A DNA stretch of 63,967 nucleotides, filler included, from Ionaspis alba (GCA_964255285.1; 15 parts of 15 records of this genome joined end to end with filler, not necessarily neighbours in it), one strand, 5' to 3'; numbered from the whole stretch's first letter, positions 26,771-39,760 are shown. Notes: a model not told the origin generated them from the letters alone. A program made the numbers and translations.

Positions 26771-28427
26771 TCATACCCGTATAGTCCTCAACTGTACCTC
26801 CTGAACACCTCTCAATGGCCCTCTATCGTCCTCACCATCACTGTCTTCACCGTCGGCAGCACCCATCAAGCCCGCCTCTTCAGCCCCAGTTCCCTCGGTA
26901 GACTTTGTCTTCTTTGCACCATTAGTGCGCACAGCAACATACACAGCACTCCCAAGTATCAATGAGCTACCCAAAAGACTCCAGATTCCAGGCGTAACAT
27001 CCCAGATGATTTTATCCAAAGCTAATGCAAAGAGCATGCCCGTATATACTGTATTGGTCGCTCGAGAGCCTTTCTCATGTGCCAGACCAGCGGTCAGAAG
27101 GAACTGAAAGACAAAGCCAGAGACACCGAGGAAGAGTAGGAAAGTCCACTCGCGCAGAGTTGCAGGTAGGCGAAAATCAACACTGGGGACAGCGAGCATG
27201 GCGACGACACTAACAAGGGTACACCACGCTGCGAAGTAGTTGACTGCTATCAACGGATGAGCACGTTTGCCAATCCACCTGATGGTGGTATAAGCGGTAG
27301 CAGCTCCACAGACACCGACGAGTGCGATGGCCACAGCTCCTAGTCGCTGTGAGGGAGTTACTTCTCCTGATGTTGCTGAGCCAGATATTGCCGTAGCATT
27401 GCTGGCAACAGACGGTGGAACAATTTCTCCAGGAGTACCCGCAACTTGCGAGCTACTACTGGAGAACAGTGATGCTGGTTGAGCAATGAAAACGACACCA
27501 ATAAGAGAGACGAGACCGGCAATCTGTTCCATGCGAGTGAATGGCTCTTTGAGTAGGACCGCACAAGCGTAGCAGGTAAGGATCGGTGCTAGAAAGGTAA
27601 TGACGGTGGCTTCTCCAAGTGGTAGATAAATCAAGGAATCTAGAGTCAACATTAGATGGGCCCTTTGTCGGGTAATGCGCGGCTATACCCACAATAAAGA
27701 CCAATCACTGATCTTCATTAGCTGATGTCCTCGGGGGTGGTGATTGTGAAAGACATACCACCAAAAAACCCACCGAATCCCCGTGCCACAAGTAGCAAAC
27801 GAACCTCTTTCATGCCAAAAGGCGCATGGGGTACATTGGCCCACCACATGTATAGGAACGATAAGAAGGACGTAATGCTCATTCGGGCAAAGAGAATCTA
27901 CCGTCTAATCAGACCCACCCATCCAAGCACACGCCCAGGTCATCTTTGCTTCATCTTACCTGAAAAGGATGCATGCCAGCTCCATGACTCTTGTCCGTCT
28001 CCAACAACCGCGTAGCAGCCGTCATCAGTGCTCCAAACATCTGTGCAATGAGCACCAAAATAAAGCCTTTGTTTCCCTGCCAAAAGACCTCCCACTTCCC
28101 CTTCCATGTTCTCGGTGGCGCAGGGGATCTGGAGGGTATGCGTGTGTGCGAATTGCTCCGGACTGGTACTCTGCTGCTTCTTTCGTTGTCGTTGTCAGAG
28201 GAGTAAAGCGAGATGTCGGAGATGGTGTCTACAGAAGGACGAAAGGAGGTCTGTAGTGGGACATCGAGGTAGAGTGGGCCATTTCCCGACTTCGAGGGCA
28301 ATTTCGGGTTGACGTTCAAGGTGCCAGATGGGTGCTCGTGTGACTCATGAGTCTGCTCATCCTGTCCTCCATTGTTGGAATTCTCTTGGCCACCACCGAC
28401 ACTTATCTTTGGTAAGTTGGTCTCCAT
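26771..28427 (-). CDS. EamA/DMT superfamily transporter (YMR253C-like)
   Basis: NKGFILVLIAQMFGALM..GMHPFQ|ILFARM, RGFGGFFG, a 15-nt exon at about 27693-27707, YSLIYLPLGEATVITFLAP and AYTTIRWIGKRAHPL. About ten TM segments. Confidence 0.9.
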
Positions 28428-29459
28428 GTCGAAGCCATGTGATCGAGCAGCGCAGAAATGAGAAAAGGCACACTCGAGAGGCAAAGAAATGGAATGACTG
28501 AATCAAAATATGCCCATGCGGTATTCGTGAATTTGAATGCTGATTGAGAAGTGGATTATTGCCTTGCCCTACCACGGAAAGTCTCCACGTTAGGTCCTCC
28601 ATAGTGGCTTCGTCACAATGACCTTGGTGGGGATGCTGGCTAGCTTTCCTCAGGGTACGTTATCGGTTGAGTCGGCAAACCCTGGGGCAGCATTTTTGAA
28701 CTGTGAAAAGCCCACGGAAAAGCATTTACCCCGTGCCTAGGGAGCATCAAGCGTCAGATTGATCGCACACTAATACAATTTTCTTGGCATTATCAAGCCC
28801 GAATGTAGGCGGAGCTGTTGGTGGTTCTCCTACTACTGTCCTACAAGATTTTCTTGCCAGTCTCATTCGTAAAGACTGATGAATTAGCGTGCCTGAGAAG
28901 TTCTTGCGTTTGGCTATAATTCACTCTTCATATCAACATAAAGAGACTGTATTCACAATGTCCTGTAACAGATTGCTTTTCATACCTGTTCCTTTTTTCA
29001 TAGGCCGTGAATCTCCTTTTGAAAAGGGATATCACATTTCAAGCAACAATGTCATTCCCAAGCCTCGATTCCGAGATTCAAGTTTACCTTTCACTATGTA
29101 ACATGCTTCACCGCTCGTGGTTCAAGGGCGAGCATGCAGTTCCTCGAGATCATGGCATGTGCTACTGTGCTGGCATACAGTATAAAGCCTGTTGAGGACC
29201 TCCGATCATGTTTCTTTCTTCATCCGCAGCGACTTCTCCTTGTCCACAGCGATCTCTCTTTTTATCCACACCAACTCCTCTTTATCAACAGCGACACCAA
29301 ATTCCACCTCGAGCAGCGACCAAACTATCAAACCGATAATCGCCATAACACCTCTTCCTCTACCCCTGCCTCCACGCCTACGCTCAAATCTAAGGTACTT
29401 GAATCCCACGACAACAGAAGTCAAAGACTTTCTTGCCCGAGAATCTGCACGTGTCCAAG

Positions 29460-29810
29460 ATGTGCACGTATTATTACTTCCAACGATGCAGCGACAAGAA
29501 ATGCCACTACGTTGCCCCTCTTCCAGAAAGCAAGGTCTTAAAATGCGAGACAGCTTGCCGGGATAACGAAGGATGCCACACAAGAGAGGTTACCGACAAG
29601 GCGTTACCAACTGACCCACATGGCAGTGAGCGCTGTCATGGTTGTCTAGCTCGAATCACACCGACGTGGACTGAACAAAACGATGCGGATCAGTGGGCAA
29701 TGATGAAGACTGCGATCGGGCATATGGTGATGGCCTGGAAGTGGCTTCACCCAGAACGACCAATGGGGAGAGAATGGGGCGAGTATGGGCCGCTACCGAG
29801 GCGATCTTGA
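29460..29810 (+). CDS. Small Cys/His-rich hypothetical protein (116 aa)
   Basis: MCTYYYFQRCSDKKCH...CETAC..C...CHGC. AAGATG start context after a pyrimidine-rich leader. Confidence 0.5.
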   Translation: MCTYYYFQRCSDKKCHYVAPLPESKVLKCETACRDNEGCHTREVTDKALPTDPHGSERCHGCLARITPTWTEQNDADQWAMMKTAIGHMVMAWKWLHPERPMGREWGEYGPLPRRS

Positions 29811-30838
29811 CGGAGCACGCTCGGAAGAGGCTATGCAGAGGCAGCTTCATATTTCGGTATCATGGTTGTTGCATGCACTTTGGGTTTTTACTATCACTCA
29901 TTTATTGATTTTCAGCTTGCAGATAGCTTTCCCTTCTGTCAAGATTCCTTCTGCTGTACTCTTAAAGGACGGCCCCATCTTGTAGGAGCTAGGGGACTTT
30001 CTCTTCAATAACCGAGCTTCTTTGGAGTGGTGGCAGAGGGGAGAAGGGGGAGAAGGGTAAATTGTTGTATTGGGCAGACGCTAGAGCAAGATAGAACGAC
30101 CATGAAGCATACCACACACAGATATCGTGCTCGGCTATTGGACTGTTTTCAGGCATGCAAAGCATATGAAGCACAGGTGTAGGAGTCTCTTAGACTTGCA
30201 ATGAAATATCGTGATAACCAACAACAGAGGCAGTACTCTCTTCTCCCACTAATGCTAAGCAAAGTTGCCACGGTAGAGCCAGTGACATTGACCCAGCTGT
30301 TGTTCTTGGAGCAAGACAGTAACAGCCACAAGCTCAGCCTCTACAACCTGAAACGCCTGGAGACACAACCATCGCGTCCACCTGCGAAGATAATAGGTGA
30401 ACAGGTTCAGCTTTGCAGATGATCAGTATGAACCTCTAAACGTAGTTGCCAAAAGAGCAAATAGAAATTTCCTCCAGTGACTAACCAATTATAGGTCGGA
30501 ACCTCCGATATGACATCCGCAGCTTAGTCCGACTTGTGCGTCCAGCCATGTCGGTGCAGACCGGACGAAGCCAGACGAACTTGAAGAGAATTAAAGCCCC
30601 ATGCCAGGAAACGTCGGACCGATCACTTCCAGCACGAGCCAGACCTCAAGACTCAATCTTCACCACCGGCTCCTCCCCAAGCATCCTCCTCTCCCCGCCC
30701 CCCAACCACCTTCCCTTACCCAACATATTATTGCACTCNNNNNNNNNNNNNNNNNNNNNNNNNNNNNNNNNNNNNNNNNNNNTTAATTAATTAANNNNNN
30801 NNNNNNNNNNNNNNNNNNNNNNNNNNNNNNNNNNNNNN

Positions 30839-30985
30839 ATTATAATAATAATTATAAAATATTTTCGAATTAATTTAAAAACGATTACAATATTTATAAA
30901 TATTTTATACACTAAAAACGTTAAATTTTTAAGCAATTTTGGTTTTTTCGTATTTTTAATTAAAAATTTTACGTTAAAAACGTTA
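30839..30985. repeat. AT-rich contig-terminal block, possibly a RIP-degraded repeat remnant
   Basis: Abrupt, very AT-rich and TpA-rich stretch in an otherwise roughly 50% GC window. Confidence 0.45.
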
Positions 30986-31392
30986 GGTGTGCGAGGGAAC
31001 TAAATCCTGTGCGGTACGACGAGTAAACCGGGTGATAGCTCCGCAGTAAAAGGCCAAATAGGTGGTTGCCTCGGCAATCTCCAGCTATCTCGGCTCTTTC
31101 CGCCAACCGTTCCGCGTCTCGACCTTTCCATTCGTGTAACGTGCATGAAGCAATTGCGCTTAGCGCCTCGGACTATCACGCTTCAGTACCCTCACCTTCT
31201 TGCCTCTTCATTTTCTCTCCATCTTCCCCCAACCACTCCGAAGCATCACATACATACATCCATCATCATAAGTGATCATCCCAATTGCGCTCACAGTCTC
31301 AAGCATCACTTCATCAATTCTTCACCAGTACCGATTACATAACTTCTCGAAGCAGCTACCACTTAGCTCTGAAACAGCTCCAATCAACAAAT

Positions 31393-32063
31393 ATGCTGTC
31401 TCTCATCCTCACCACTTCCGCCCTCCTCCTCGCCCTCGTCGCCGCCCAAAGCCCCACCACGAACTTCAGCATCCAGCCAATCATCCAAAACGTCGATCTT
31501 ACCACCCGGAGTAAGTCGATCTATCCTTGTCCCCTTTGCGCGCTTCCCGCTAACCTCCGCCCAGACTCGTGGTGCAACAGCCAATTCTCCACCTGCGGCA
31601 CTCTCTGCAGCGGCCAAACAGACGACAACAAGTGCACAGGCGTAAGCCTTTCCCCAAATCTTCCCTTACCTATACCCCAATGACTAACCCCTTGCTCTTC
31701 CCTTAGTCCGACCTCACCTACATTTGCACCTGCACCTCAAACCACTCCTCACCAGCACTCCAATACTACTCCGGCTCCCTGATCAATTTCATCTGCCATA
31801 GGGCGCTGGGCGACTGCATGGCGATACACGCCGGCGACCTCGCGGGGCAGAAACAGTGCAACGTCACCAATGTCTGCAGCGACATCAAGGCCGAGGCTCA
31901 GGCCTCTACTTCCAGCTCTGCGAGCTCATCGATGGCTTCCGCGACTTCCAGCAGCACATCTAGTCCCAGCGCTTCGGCGACGAAGTCTGCGGCTATGAAG
32001 ATTGGCCAGGAATATGGTGTCGGGATATTGGCTGTCTTGGGGCTGCTAGGATTTGCGCTGTAG
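31393..32063 (+). CDS. Secreted Cys-rich, probably GPI-anchored protein (DUF7707-like)
   Basis: Signal peptide MLSLILTTSALLLALVAA and two introns (about 31511-31564, 31642-31706). Motifs WCNSQFSTCGTLC, LTYICTC and FICHRALGDC, then a Ser/Ala-rich spacer and a hydrophobic C-terminus. Confidence 0.85.
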
Positions 32064-32681
32064 ACTATGGAGAGGCCGAAAATATGAAACTGTACTTCAG
32101 AGGATAAGAGAGGTGGCTTTAATGGGTGAGGTGGATGTCGGTGATACTTCTTTTGCTCAATTGCTACCGGACTACAGCCGCGTAGGAGTGGATAGCGAGC
32201 GCGTTTTGGGGGTGGTTGTTTATTGACTGAGCGTGCATGCCTGGTGGATGGAGAGACGCTTGGGCTCGTTGCGTTGTGTACCCAGTAGGAGGATGCATGA
32301 GCGTGCATGAGCGATGGGGTACGTCAATCCATACGATAGGTATTAAGAATTCTTTAAATCCATCGAATTGTCCTATTTCTACTCTCAAAGGTGATACGAT
32401 GGCTATTTCGACTATCATAACCCGGTCTAGAGCTTTCTTCGGGATAGAACCTCGTTATCAGAAATATATGCAAAAAAAGGACCTGCCGAGGTACTTAACA
32501 TTGCGGGCCTTTTAGCCTTGTTCAGTCATACAATTCTATCCATCCAAAAGTGCCGACCCGTATGATTGCAATATTTACAGCGAAGTCTTCAGGCTTCCAC
32601 ACCGATCCTGCTGATTCGCACTTCTCCTCCATTTGCCAGAATCAGCTCCACCAAAGCAGTCCTAGTTGAACATCCTACTGC

Positions 32682-34708
32682 TCATGTCATGAAGTACTTA
32701 GGACCGCCTCCTCCTTCAGGGGTCGTCCAATTGATGTCCTGGTCAGGTACCTTGATATCGCATGTCTTACAATGGATGCAGCTGTTCAAGGACGTTAGCT
32801 CAATCCAACCATACAGCTCTTCTTCACCATCAGCACAAGTTTCAAAACACCATCCAACTTACTTCTGCGCATTGATCTGAAACCGCATTCCCACATCCTT
32901 ACTCTCATCCTCCACATACTCATACACGCCCGCAGGACAAAACCTGTTCTCCACCCCCTTATATACCGGCCACTCCTTCCTCGCATGCTCCTCCCAATCC
33001 TGAACCTTTAGATGCACGGGCTGATCCTCCTCATGATTCGTCCCCGTCCGACTCACACTAGTCAGCACGTCAAAGCTGATCTCACCATCCGGCTTCGGGT
33101 ACTCGATCTTTGTGCACTGATCCGCGGGTTTCGTAGCCCCGTGGTCCGTTCCCTTGTGCTTCAGCGTCCATGGCGTCTTGCCTCGGAAGACGAAAGCTTC
33201 GAGCCCAGAATATGCGATACCGCCATAGAGGCCGAGCGGGCCGTGGAAGGATGGTCTCATGTTGCGCACTTGGTAAAGCTCTTTCCAGATCGTGCTATTT
33301 CGCAGGGCCTCTTCGTAGTCCCAGAGGAAAACTGTACCGTTATCTTGGTGTGTGGTTGCGAGAGCTTTGTAGGCTGCTTCAGCAGCTAACATGCCGGATC
33401 GCATGGCGGTGTGCGTGCCTTTTATCTTGGGCACGTTGAGGAAGCCGGCGGTATCGCCGATAAGAGCACCGCCGGGGAAGGCGCATTTGGGTATCGATTG
33501 AAAGCCACCTTCGTTGAGGGCTCGCGCGCCATAGGATATGCATTTACCGCCTTTGATAACAGAAGCATAGAGAGGATGATGCTTGAGCTTCTGGAACTCC
33601 CCATATGGACTGAGCCAGGGATTAGGATAGTCGAGCCCGACTACCAGGCCGAGCGAGACGAGGTTGTCGCCAAAGTGGTAGAGCCAGCCACCACCGTAGG
33701 TATCGGAAGGGAGGGGATAGCCCATCGAATGGACAATTTCGCCTTTTCGGAAATTCTCGGGGGGGACCTCCCAGACTTCTTTGAGGCCGAGTCCGTAGGT
33801 CTGGGGTTGGCTGTCGCGCCGCAGGTCGAACTTTTTGATGATCTTTTTTGTCAGACTACCGTGACAGCCTTCCGCGAAAAGAGTCGCGCGGGCGTGAAAC
33901 TCCATGCCCCGCTCGAAGGAGGATTTGGGTTTGCCGTCTCGGCCTATACCTAGGTCGTTCGTTGCGACACCTTTGACGGCGCCATCATGTCCGTAGATGA
34001 CCTCACTGGCTGCGAAGCCAGGATATATCTCTACTCCTATCTCTTCCGCCCTTTCTCCTAGCCACTTGCAGAACTGGTTCAAGCTGATGATGTAGTTGCC
34101 GTGGTTATGCATTTGTGGAGGGGCAGGAATGGGTATCGAGCTGGTCTTGGTGAGAAACCGCATCTTGTCGTTCTTGGCGGGTGTGGCATGTTCGAATCTC
34201 GTAGGATTTTCTGGATCGAGCCAGTTCGGAAGAAGCTCGTTGACTGCGGAGGGTTCGATGACATTTCCGGAGAGTATATGAGCACCAATCTCGCTGGCTT
34301 TTTCCAATAGAATAACCCGGAAATCCTCATTCCCAGCTTCATTCGCTAGCTGCTTGAGTCTTATGGCAGCACTAAGTCCAGCAGGCCCTAATGGTCCGTC
34401 AGTACACCAACTCTGAGGACATCATATTCTTACGTACCGCCACCAACGATACATATGTCCACTTCATCGCTTTCCCGATCTTGCTGTCGAGGGTCAAACG
34501 AATCGTCCACATCTGCAAAGCCCATGCCTCTTGTCGTAGAGAAGGCCCGGCGATCATTTTCCAATGTGGCGACTCGCCATCTTTGGTGTAAAGGTCTCCT
34601 CCGGGCTGGGGCAAAGTAGTGATTCGTCCCCGTTGCCGTTCGAGATATTTGGCACTGGGTTGTAAATGCTCGCCGTGCAAAACGAGCGCATGGAAGCTTA
34701 GTTGCCAT
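32682..34708 (-). CDS. CIR2: Electron transfer flavoprotein-ubiquinone oxidoreductase (ETF-QO), mitochondrial
   Basis: Presequence, [44 protein letters not shown], and Fe-S motifs [10 protein letters not shown] and [11 protein letters not shown]. Confidence 0.96.
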
Positions 34709-34959
34709 TGTTACTGGAAGGCAGTGAGGCGACCACCTCCAGGAGTGGATGTTATTGAAGAGCTTGTGACATATTATTACGGAACTTCGACATGTGCATG
34801 CCGGCAAACAGGAAGCCCCCACACCTTGGCGTCAATCAGCCGAGGGCTTGCATTCTCCAATTAGCGTTTGCAGAAACCGTGCATTTTCTTGGCGCTCAAC
34901 TTTACTCTTTGCCCCACCAAATTTGTATGATAGTTTGAGCAAATTCGAGTATTACCACA

Positions 34960-35116
34960 ACCACAAGGTATTTTTACGAATTATTTTTTGTATATTGATC
35001 GCAAACTTTCAATGAATCGTTTTATATAGTTTTTATAATAAAATGAGAAACGTTTTGAAGGAAAAAAAAAGTCGAAATATTTGAGAATTTTAACAAAATA
35101 TAAATTAATATAAGTC
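34960..35116. repeat. AT-rich contig-terminal block, possibly a RIP-degraded repeat remnant
   Basis: Very AT-rich stretch at the other end of the same contig as 30839-30985. Confidence 0.4.
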
Positions 35117-35313
35117 NNNNNNNNNNNNNNNNNNNNNNNNNNNNNNNNNNNNNNNNNNNNTTAATTAATTAANNNNNNNNNNNNNNNNNNNNNNNNNNNN
35201 NNNNNNNNNNNNNNNNGCTTCGGATCGACGACATCACTTCCGATTCTAAACACCACAATAGAAGCGTATTGCCACCGTAACAACTCTTCTTATTCGAGAA
35301 CCAAGTCACAAGG

Positions 35314-35921
35314 ATGTCAGACGAAGAACGCGAGACCAAGCCCTTCAAGTTTGTCACCGGTCAGTACTCTGTCGACGGTTATTTTGGCCATGCTAATGTC
35401 GAGACATTGTAGCTGGTATGTGCCACTATTCTTCCCTGCTTAGCAGTTCTGCGGCATCCATTGTTTCCCTCAACGTCGAGCAGAGAATTCGGAGGAATTT
35501 ACGTACGACTGTTCAATCGACTAACACATCGCCCACAGGCTTTGACGCCCGCTTTCCCAACCAGAACCAGTGAGTCTCTTTTGAGTGCTCCGAGTCGATC
35601 CGAGAGCAGGAATTGACTACTTCTTTAGGACGAAGCATTGCTGGCAAAATTATGTCGACTACCACAAATGTATTCTAGCAAAAGGCGAGGACTTTGCCCC
35701 ATGTCGCCAGGTAGGGGAAAGATTTCTCGACCTCTTGCGTGGCACTGGTTGATCCATTGAATGACAGTTTTTCCTTGCATATCGTTCGCTCTGCCCCAGT
35801 GCTTGGGTTGAAAGGTGGGATGAGCAACGAGGTGAGCGACATCAGGCATATCCTCCAACCACCAAGTTGCTGATTCGGCACCACAGAGAAAGGCACATTC
35901 CCTACTCGACTAGATCAATAG
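35314..35921 (+). CDS. COX12: Cytochrome c oxidase subunit 6B (six exons, including a 3-nt exon)
   Basis: Exons 35314-35359, 35413-35415, 35539-35569, 35629-35710, 35768-35831 and 35887-35921 give MSDEERETKPFKFVTAGFDARFPNQNQTKHCWQNYVDYHKCILAKGEDFAPCRQFFLAYRSLCPSAWVERWDEQREKGTFPTRLDQ. Absent from the ORF track. Confidence 0.96.
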
Positions 35922-36212
35922 TGGAGAGTTAATGGAGAAGCAGATATTTTAAGGTCTTCGTACTTGCGGTTGAGGATCGACTGTAATTGCTTGAAATCGC
36001 TGTGAATGGAGTGCTTCATGTGACTGCGAATGCCATTTTCCCTCCCATTCAGGCGGTTGGGTTGATCAGCTCCCACGTTTGACCTCCCAACGCGCATGTC
36101 TATATACAATGCCTCTCCTGTTTCTATTGGCGTCGACAATCACACGTCGAACCACCCATTGCCTTGCGAACGCCGGCTATGTAACACCCAATGCTGCTTC
36201 CCTCGACACATG

Positions 36213-36908
36213 CTATGCAGCTTGCGTATTGATACTCGCCTTCGCTGCCGCCAACAGAGCCTCCTCTTGCTGTCTCGCCTCCAGATCCGCCCTCGTCCTG
36301 ATCCTATCCTGGTCACTCCTAACGAGCTCCTCCTCAAGCTGTCTCATCGCCACTGCCTCCTCTTCCGTAGGCTTCACCTCCACCGCCTTCGTAATCTCCA
36401 GTACCCTCTTCAGGATATCGTTCTCATGCTTATGCTTCATCTCGATCGTCTCTGCCCTCTCATTGATCTGCGACTCTTCCGCCCCGGCTCCTTTACTCGA
36501 CGTAGAAGATGTTGCTGTGTCGGGTTTGGGCGCAAAGAAAATGGTCATCGTAGCTGGGTCGGCATTTTTGTTTGTTCGATTGACCGTCATCGAGACGGCT
36601 GGATTGTGGTATTTAAGTCGAGTGAGGTGTTGACGCCAGAACTTCCGTGCGCCGAGATGCCCATCGTTAAGCTTCCGCGCGAAATCCATATGTATTCTTT
36701 TAATATCGTTGGGGAGTATAGCGGCACCAGGACCAAGTCGAATGGCTAACAGCTAAAATAATATGGTGAGCTGCAGAGCGGTATTCTCGGTCCTTGAACG
36801 AAATGCATACTTTCTACATTGCAGAAGCTGTTAGCAGCTGCCTCCAGGAGGTGAGCCTTGGACACATACAGTTCGAAGAGCCCTCATACGCTTTGTTATG
36901 TTGACCAT
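36213..36908 (-). CDS. MRP49: Mitochondrial large ribosomal subunit protein Mrp49/mL61 (includes a 3-nt exon)
   Basis: Exons 36908-36870, 36813-36811 and 36752-36213 give MVNITKRMRALRT-K-LLAIRLGPGAAILP..GHLGARKFWRQHLTRLKYHNP. Confidence 0.9.
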
Positions 36909-37154
36909 GGCGACTGGACTTGAGACCACCACGTACAAGGTTTCCTACCATCAACTTTCCACGCGCATAGTTGCAACGACAAAAATAACTCTATTACTCT
37001 TTATAGTTAGTGTATTTAGGGCCTTGCTAGTTCTTCTAATGCCAAGAACATCAAGGATCCCAGGCGTTCTGCAGACAGGGATAGGACAGAGACAGAGACT
37101 TCATACCGTCTTTCAGTTTATTTGAGTCTGTTGACCGATGAAATGAAAGGTGTT

Positions 37155-39343
37155 TCAATGTGCAGCTTCCTTCTATAGATACAGGTACAGATCTGTCAAC
37201 ACAAACGAACAATACATGGATGGCAAGATATGCTAGATGGATGTGTAATATCTAATTAAACTCACGCCTTTGATCCGCTGTTGATACTGTGAAGATCGAG
37301 CAATCTTCTTCAGATTCTTCTTGACTCCCTTCATTGACCGCCTCGGTCTTGTCTGCCGGTTGCTGGCGGCGTTTCGAGGCCCACCAATAGTCCAAGCATT
37401 CATTGGCCTCCGCACACCCACATGCTTACCATCCGGACTGAATATCTCAACAGAGGGCAGCTTTGCTTCCTCATCCATATTGCCAGCTTCGTTATTCCTA
37501 ATCTCCAAAGCGCGTTTCCGAACTTGGACTGCAAGTTCGACCCATCCACAGCTCTCGATGAGGACATCTATCGACAAGACCTTGAAAGGCAAGACTGATG
37601 CTTTCAGTCCAACCGCATCCCTAGCTGTAAGAGGACCAGTCCGCTGTTTCGTGACATCCCACTTCAATGCGAAGACCCCAGCAGATTTCATTCTTTCACC
37701 CATGCCATCTTTGGTAATAGTAGATAGCCCAGACGAAATCTCCTGTGCATGTATTGCTATTGCCTTCTCTGTGCTCGTGACATGGCAATCAAGGGGCACA
37801 AATGGACACGCAAGTACCACCAGGTCAGAATTTAGTGGTGTGATGCGAATGAGACCCCCAATAAGCAGAGACTGCCCAGGCTTAATGCTGAGCTGTTCCG
37901 GCTTCATCCGACGTTTCATCACAAGATCCATCTTGTGTTCATCTTTCACATAATCCTCAAGATTGCCTCGTGATAGTCCTGGTAGATCGATCAATTCTCC
38001 CCTGCCGCTGCCAAATGGCAGTCGAATGGGAGAAGCTGTGGTTCCAGGTAATGAAGAAACTATTGGCAGCACAGGATAGTCTATTTCTTTCGGTGCCGGA
38101 GGGAGCAGAGACATTTCATCCGAGTACATAGATTCATCTGCAGAAGATTGAGTTTCAAGCAATCCCTGTTGATCGAAGACTTCCGTTTCAGGTAACGCCG
38201 GTTGGGAAGGAAGCACCTCTCCTTCGTTTCCAGAAGTTGCAGCATGCCGTAAAGCACCAAGTCTGATGTCCTTAGAAGGTCCTTTGGGGAATACACAATC
38301 AACCAGATTGCTCTTGCCCACGTTGACCTTTCCCACCATCCAGCCACCGCCTCCTCGGTTCCATATGTCCTCTTTCACTTGTCGAGTCCACCATCCCCTT
38401 TTTGCGCTGACACATCTCACATTCCCCAGCCTCACGTCCTTCGCAGATTTTCCCAGGGCATCTCTAAGCACCTCAACAAGGTAGGACATCATCGTATCGA
38501 CCTGTTCCTTTTGTGGCGCTAACAAATCAGATCTCGTAATAATGAAACTCATCTCTGCCTTGCGCCCGTGGTAGAACTTTGAATGCTTAGCACGCCTATT
38601 TTGGCTGCGCTGCGGCATGAGTGACAGATGCTCGTGCAATTGAGGTATCAAAGACAAGGGAAAATCTGCGGCGTCTAGGACGTGATAGATATGATTGTAT
38701 CTGTGTGGACTCTCGGAGATGATATCTTGAATGGACTGTACAGTCGGATGGATGATAGAGACTCCTTGGTGGTGATGGAGCAAATGGTGACATCTTTCGC
38801 ACACTGGTATATCGGAACCTTTATCTTGTTGCGATCCTGCTGATTGGGTGAGTACCAGTTTTGACACAGTGTCTCGAAAGGACCAGCATTACCTTCTTCA
38901 ACTGAAGCGCCGTTATCTAGACCCAGTTTGTCTAGTAGAGCGGAATCTGTTCCTTTGATCACTTTGTTGTAGATCGCCGTCTCTTCATCTTGCCTTGCAT
39001 CCGCTGCCGGTTCTCGTTGCGCTGCGAGAAAGGCTCGAACCGGTTTCCGAGTCGACGAGTAGAAGCCAGCTTCTTTGGGAGCTAATGTTTGCGAATAAGC
39101 CCCACATCCTGGACAAGTCAATGGTAGCTTCCGAGCTGCCAATGGTGGAGGAAGTTCGTAGTCTATGGCTGGTTTATTAGTCTCAAATTGTAGACATCGG
39201 TGTTGCCGTTGAGGTTTTGAGGACTGTTTCGTCGGTATAGATGTCGGCGAAAGCCTCGCACTCTGAACCAGCGGACAGAGGAAGATTGGGACTATCCATC
39301 GTAGGAGAGATGGTCTGGCGAGAGCTCGCGCGACGATCTTCAT
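37155..39343 (-). CDS. GEP3: Mitochondrial circularly permuted GTPase Gep3/Mtg3 (small-subunit assembly)
   Basis: Presequence, CPGCGA..GFY, CERCHHL, VLDAADFPLS, VSAKRGW, VGKVNVGKSNL, SSLPGTT and DLPGL. Intron 38837-38892. A probable last intron 37173-37265 gives a KEAAH end; if unspliced the stop is at 37233. The start ATG is uncertain. Confidence 0.88.
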
Positions 39344-39760
39344 CGTTGGCATGCTCACCTGGCGAGTCGGTACAGAAAATAATGGCAACGGAATGCATAG
39401 CGCTAGCGACATGCCTCGGGAGGATCAGAGTCACAGTCATCGGCTAGGACGAAAGGGGTAACTTACTGAAGTTTACATACAAGNNNNNNNNNNNNNNNNN
39501 NNNNNNNNNNNNNNNNNNNNNNNNNNNTTAATTAATTAANNNNNNNNNNNNNNNNNNNNNNNNNNNNNNNNNNNNNNNNNNNNGTACAAGAAATTCGTTT
39601 CGTGTCATATGTACTAAACAACAGTGGTATTTTGTTCGCGATCAAGAAGCTTTGCAGATGCAAAAAAAAGGGGTCCGCAGTGGGACAAAAGAACATCATG
39701 CATCGCTCGAGATCGAATTAATGGACAAGGAAGTTGAGTGCGCTACCTTTCAGCACCAGC

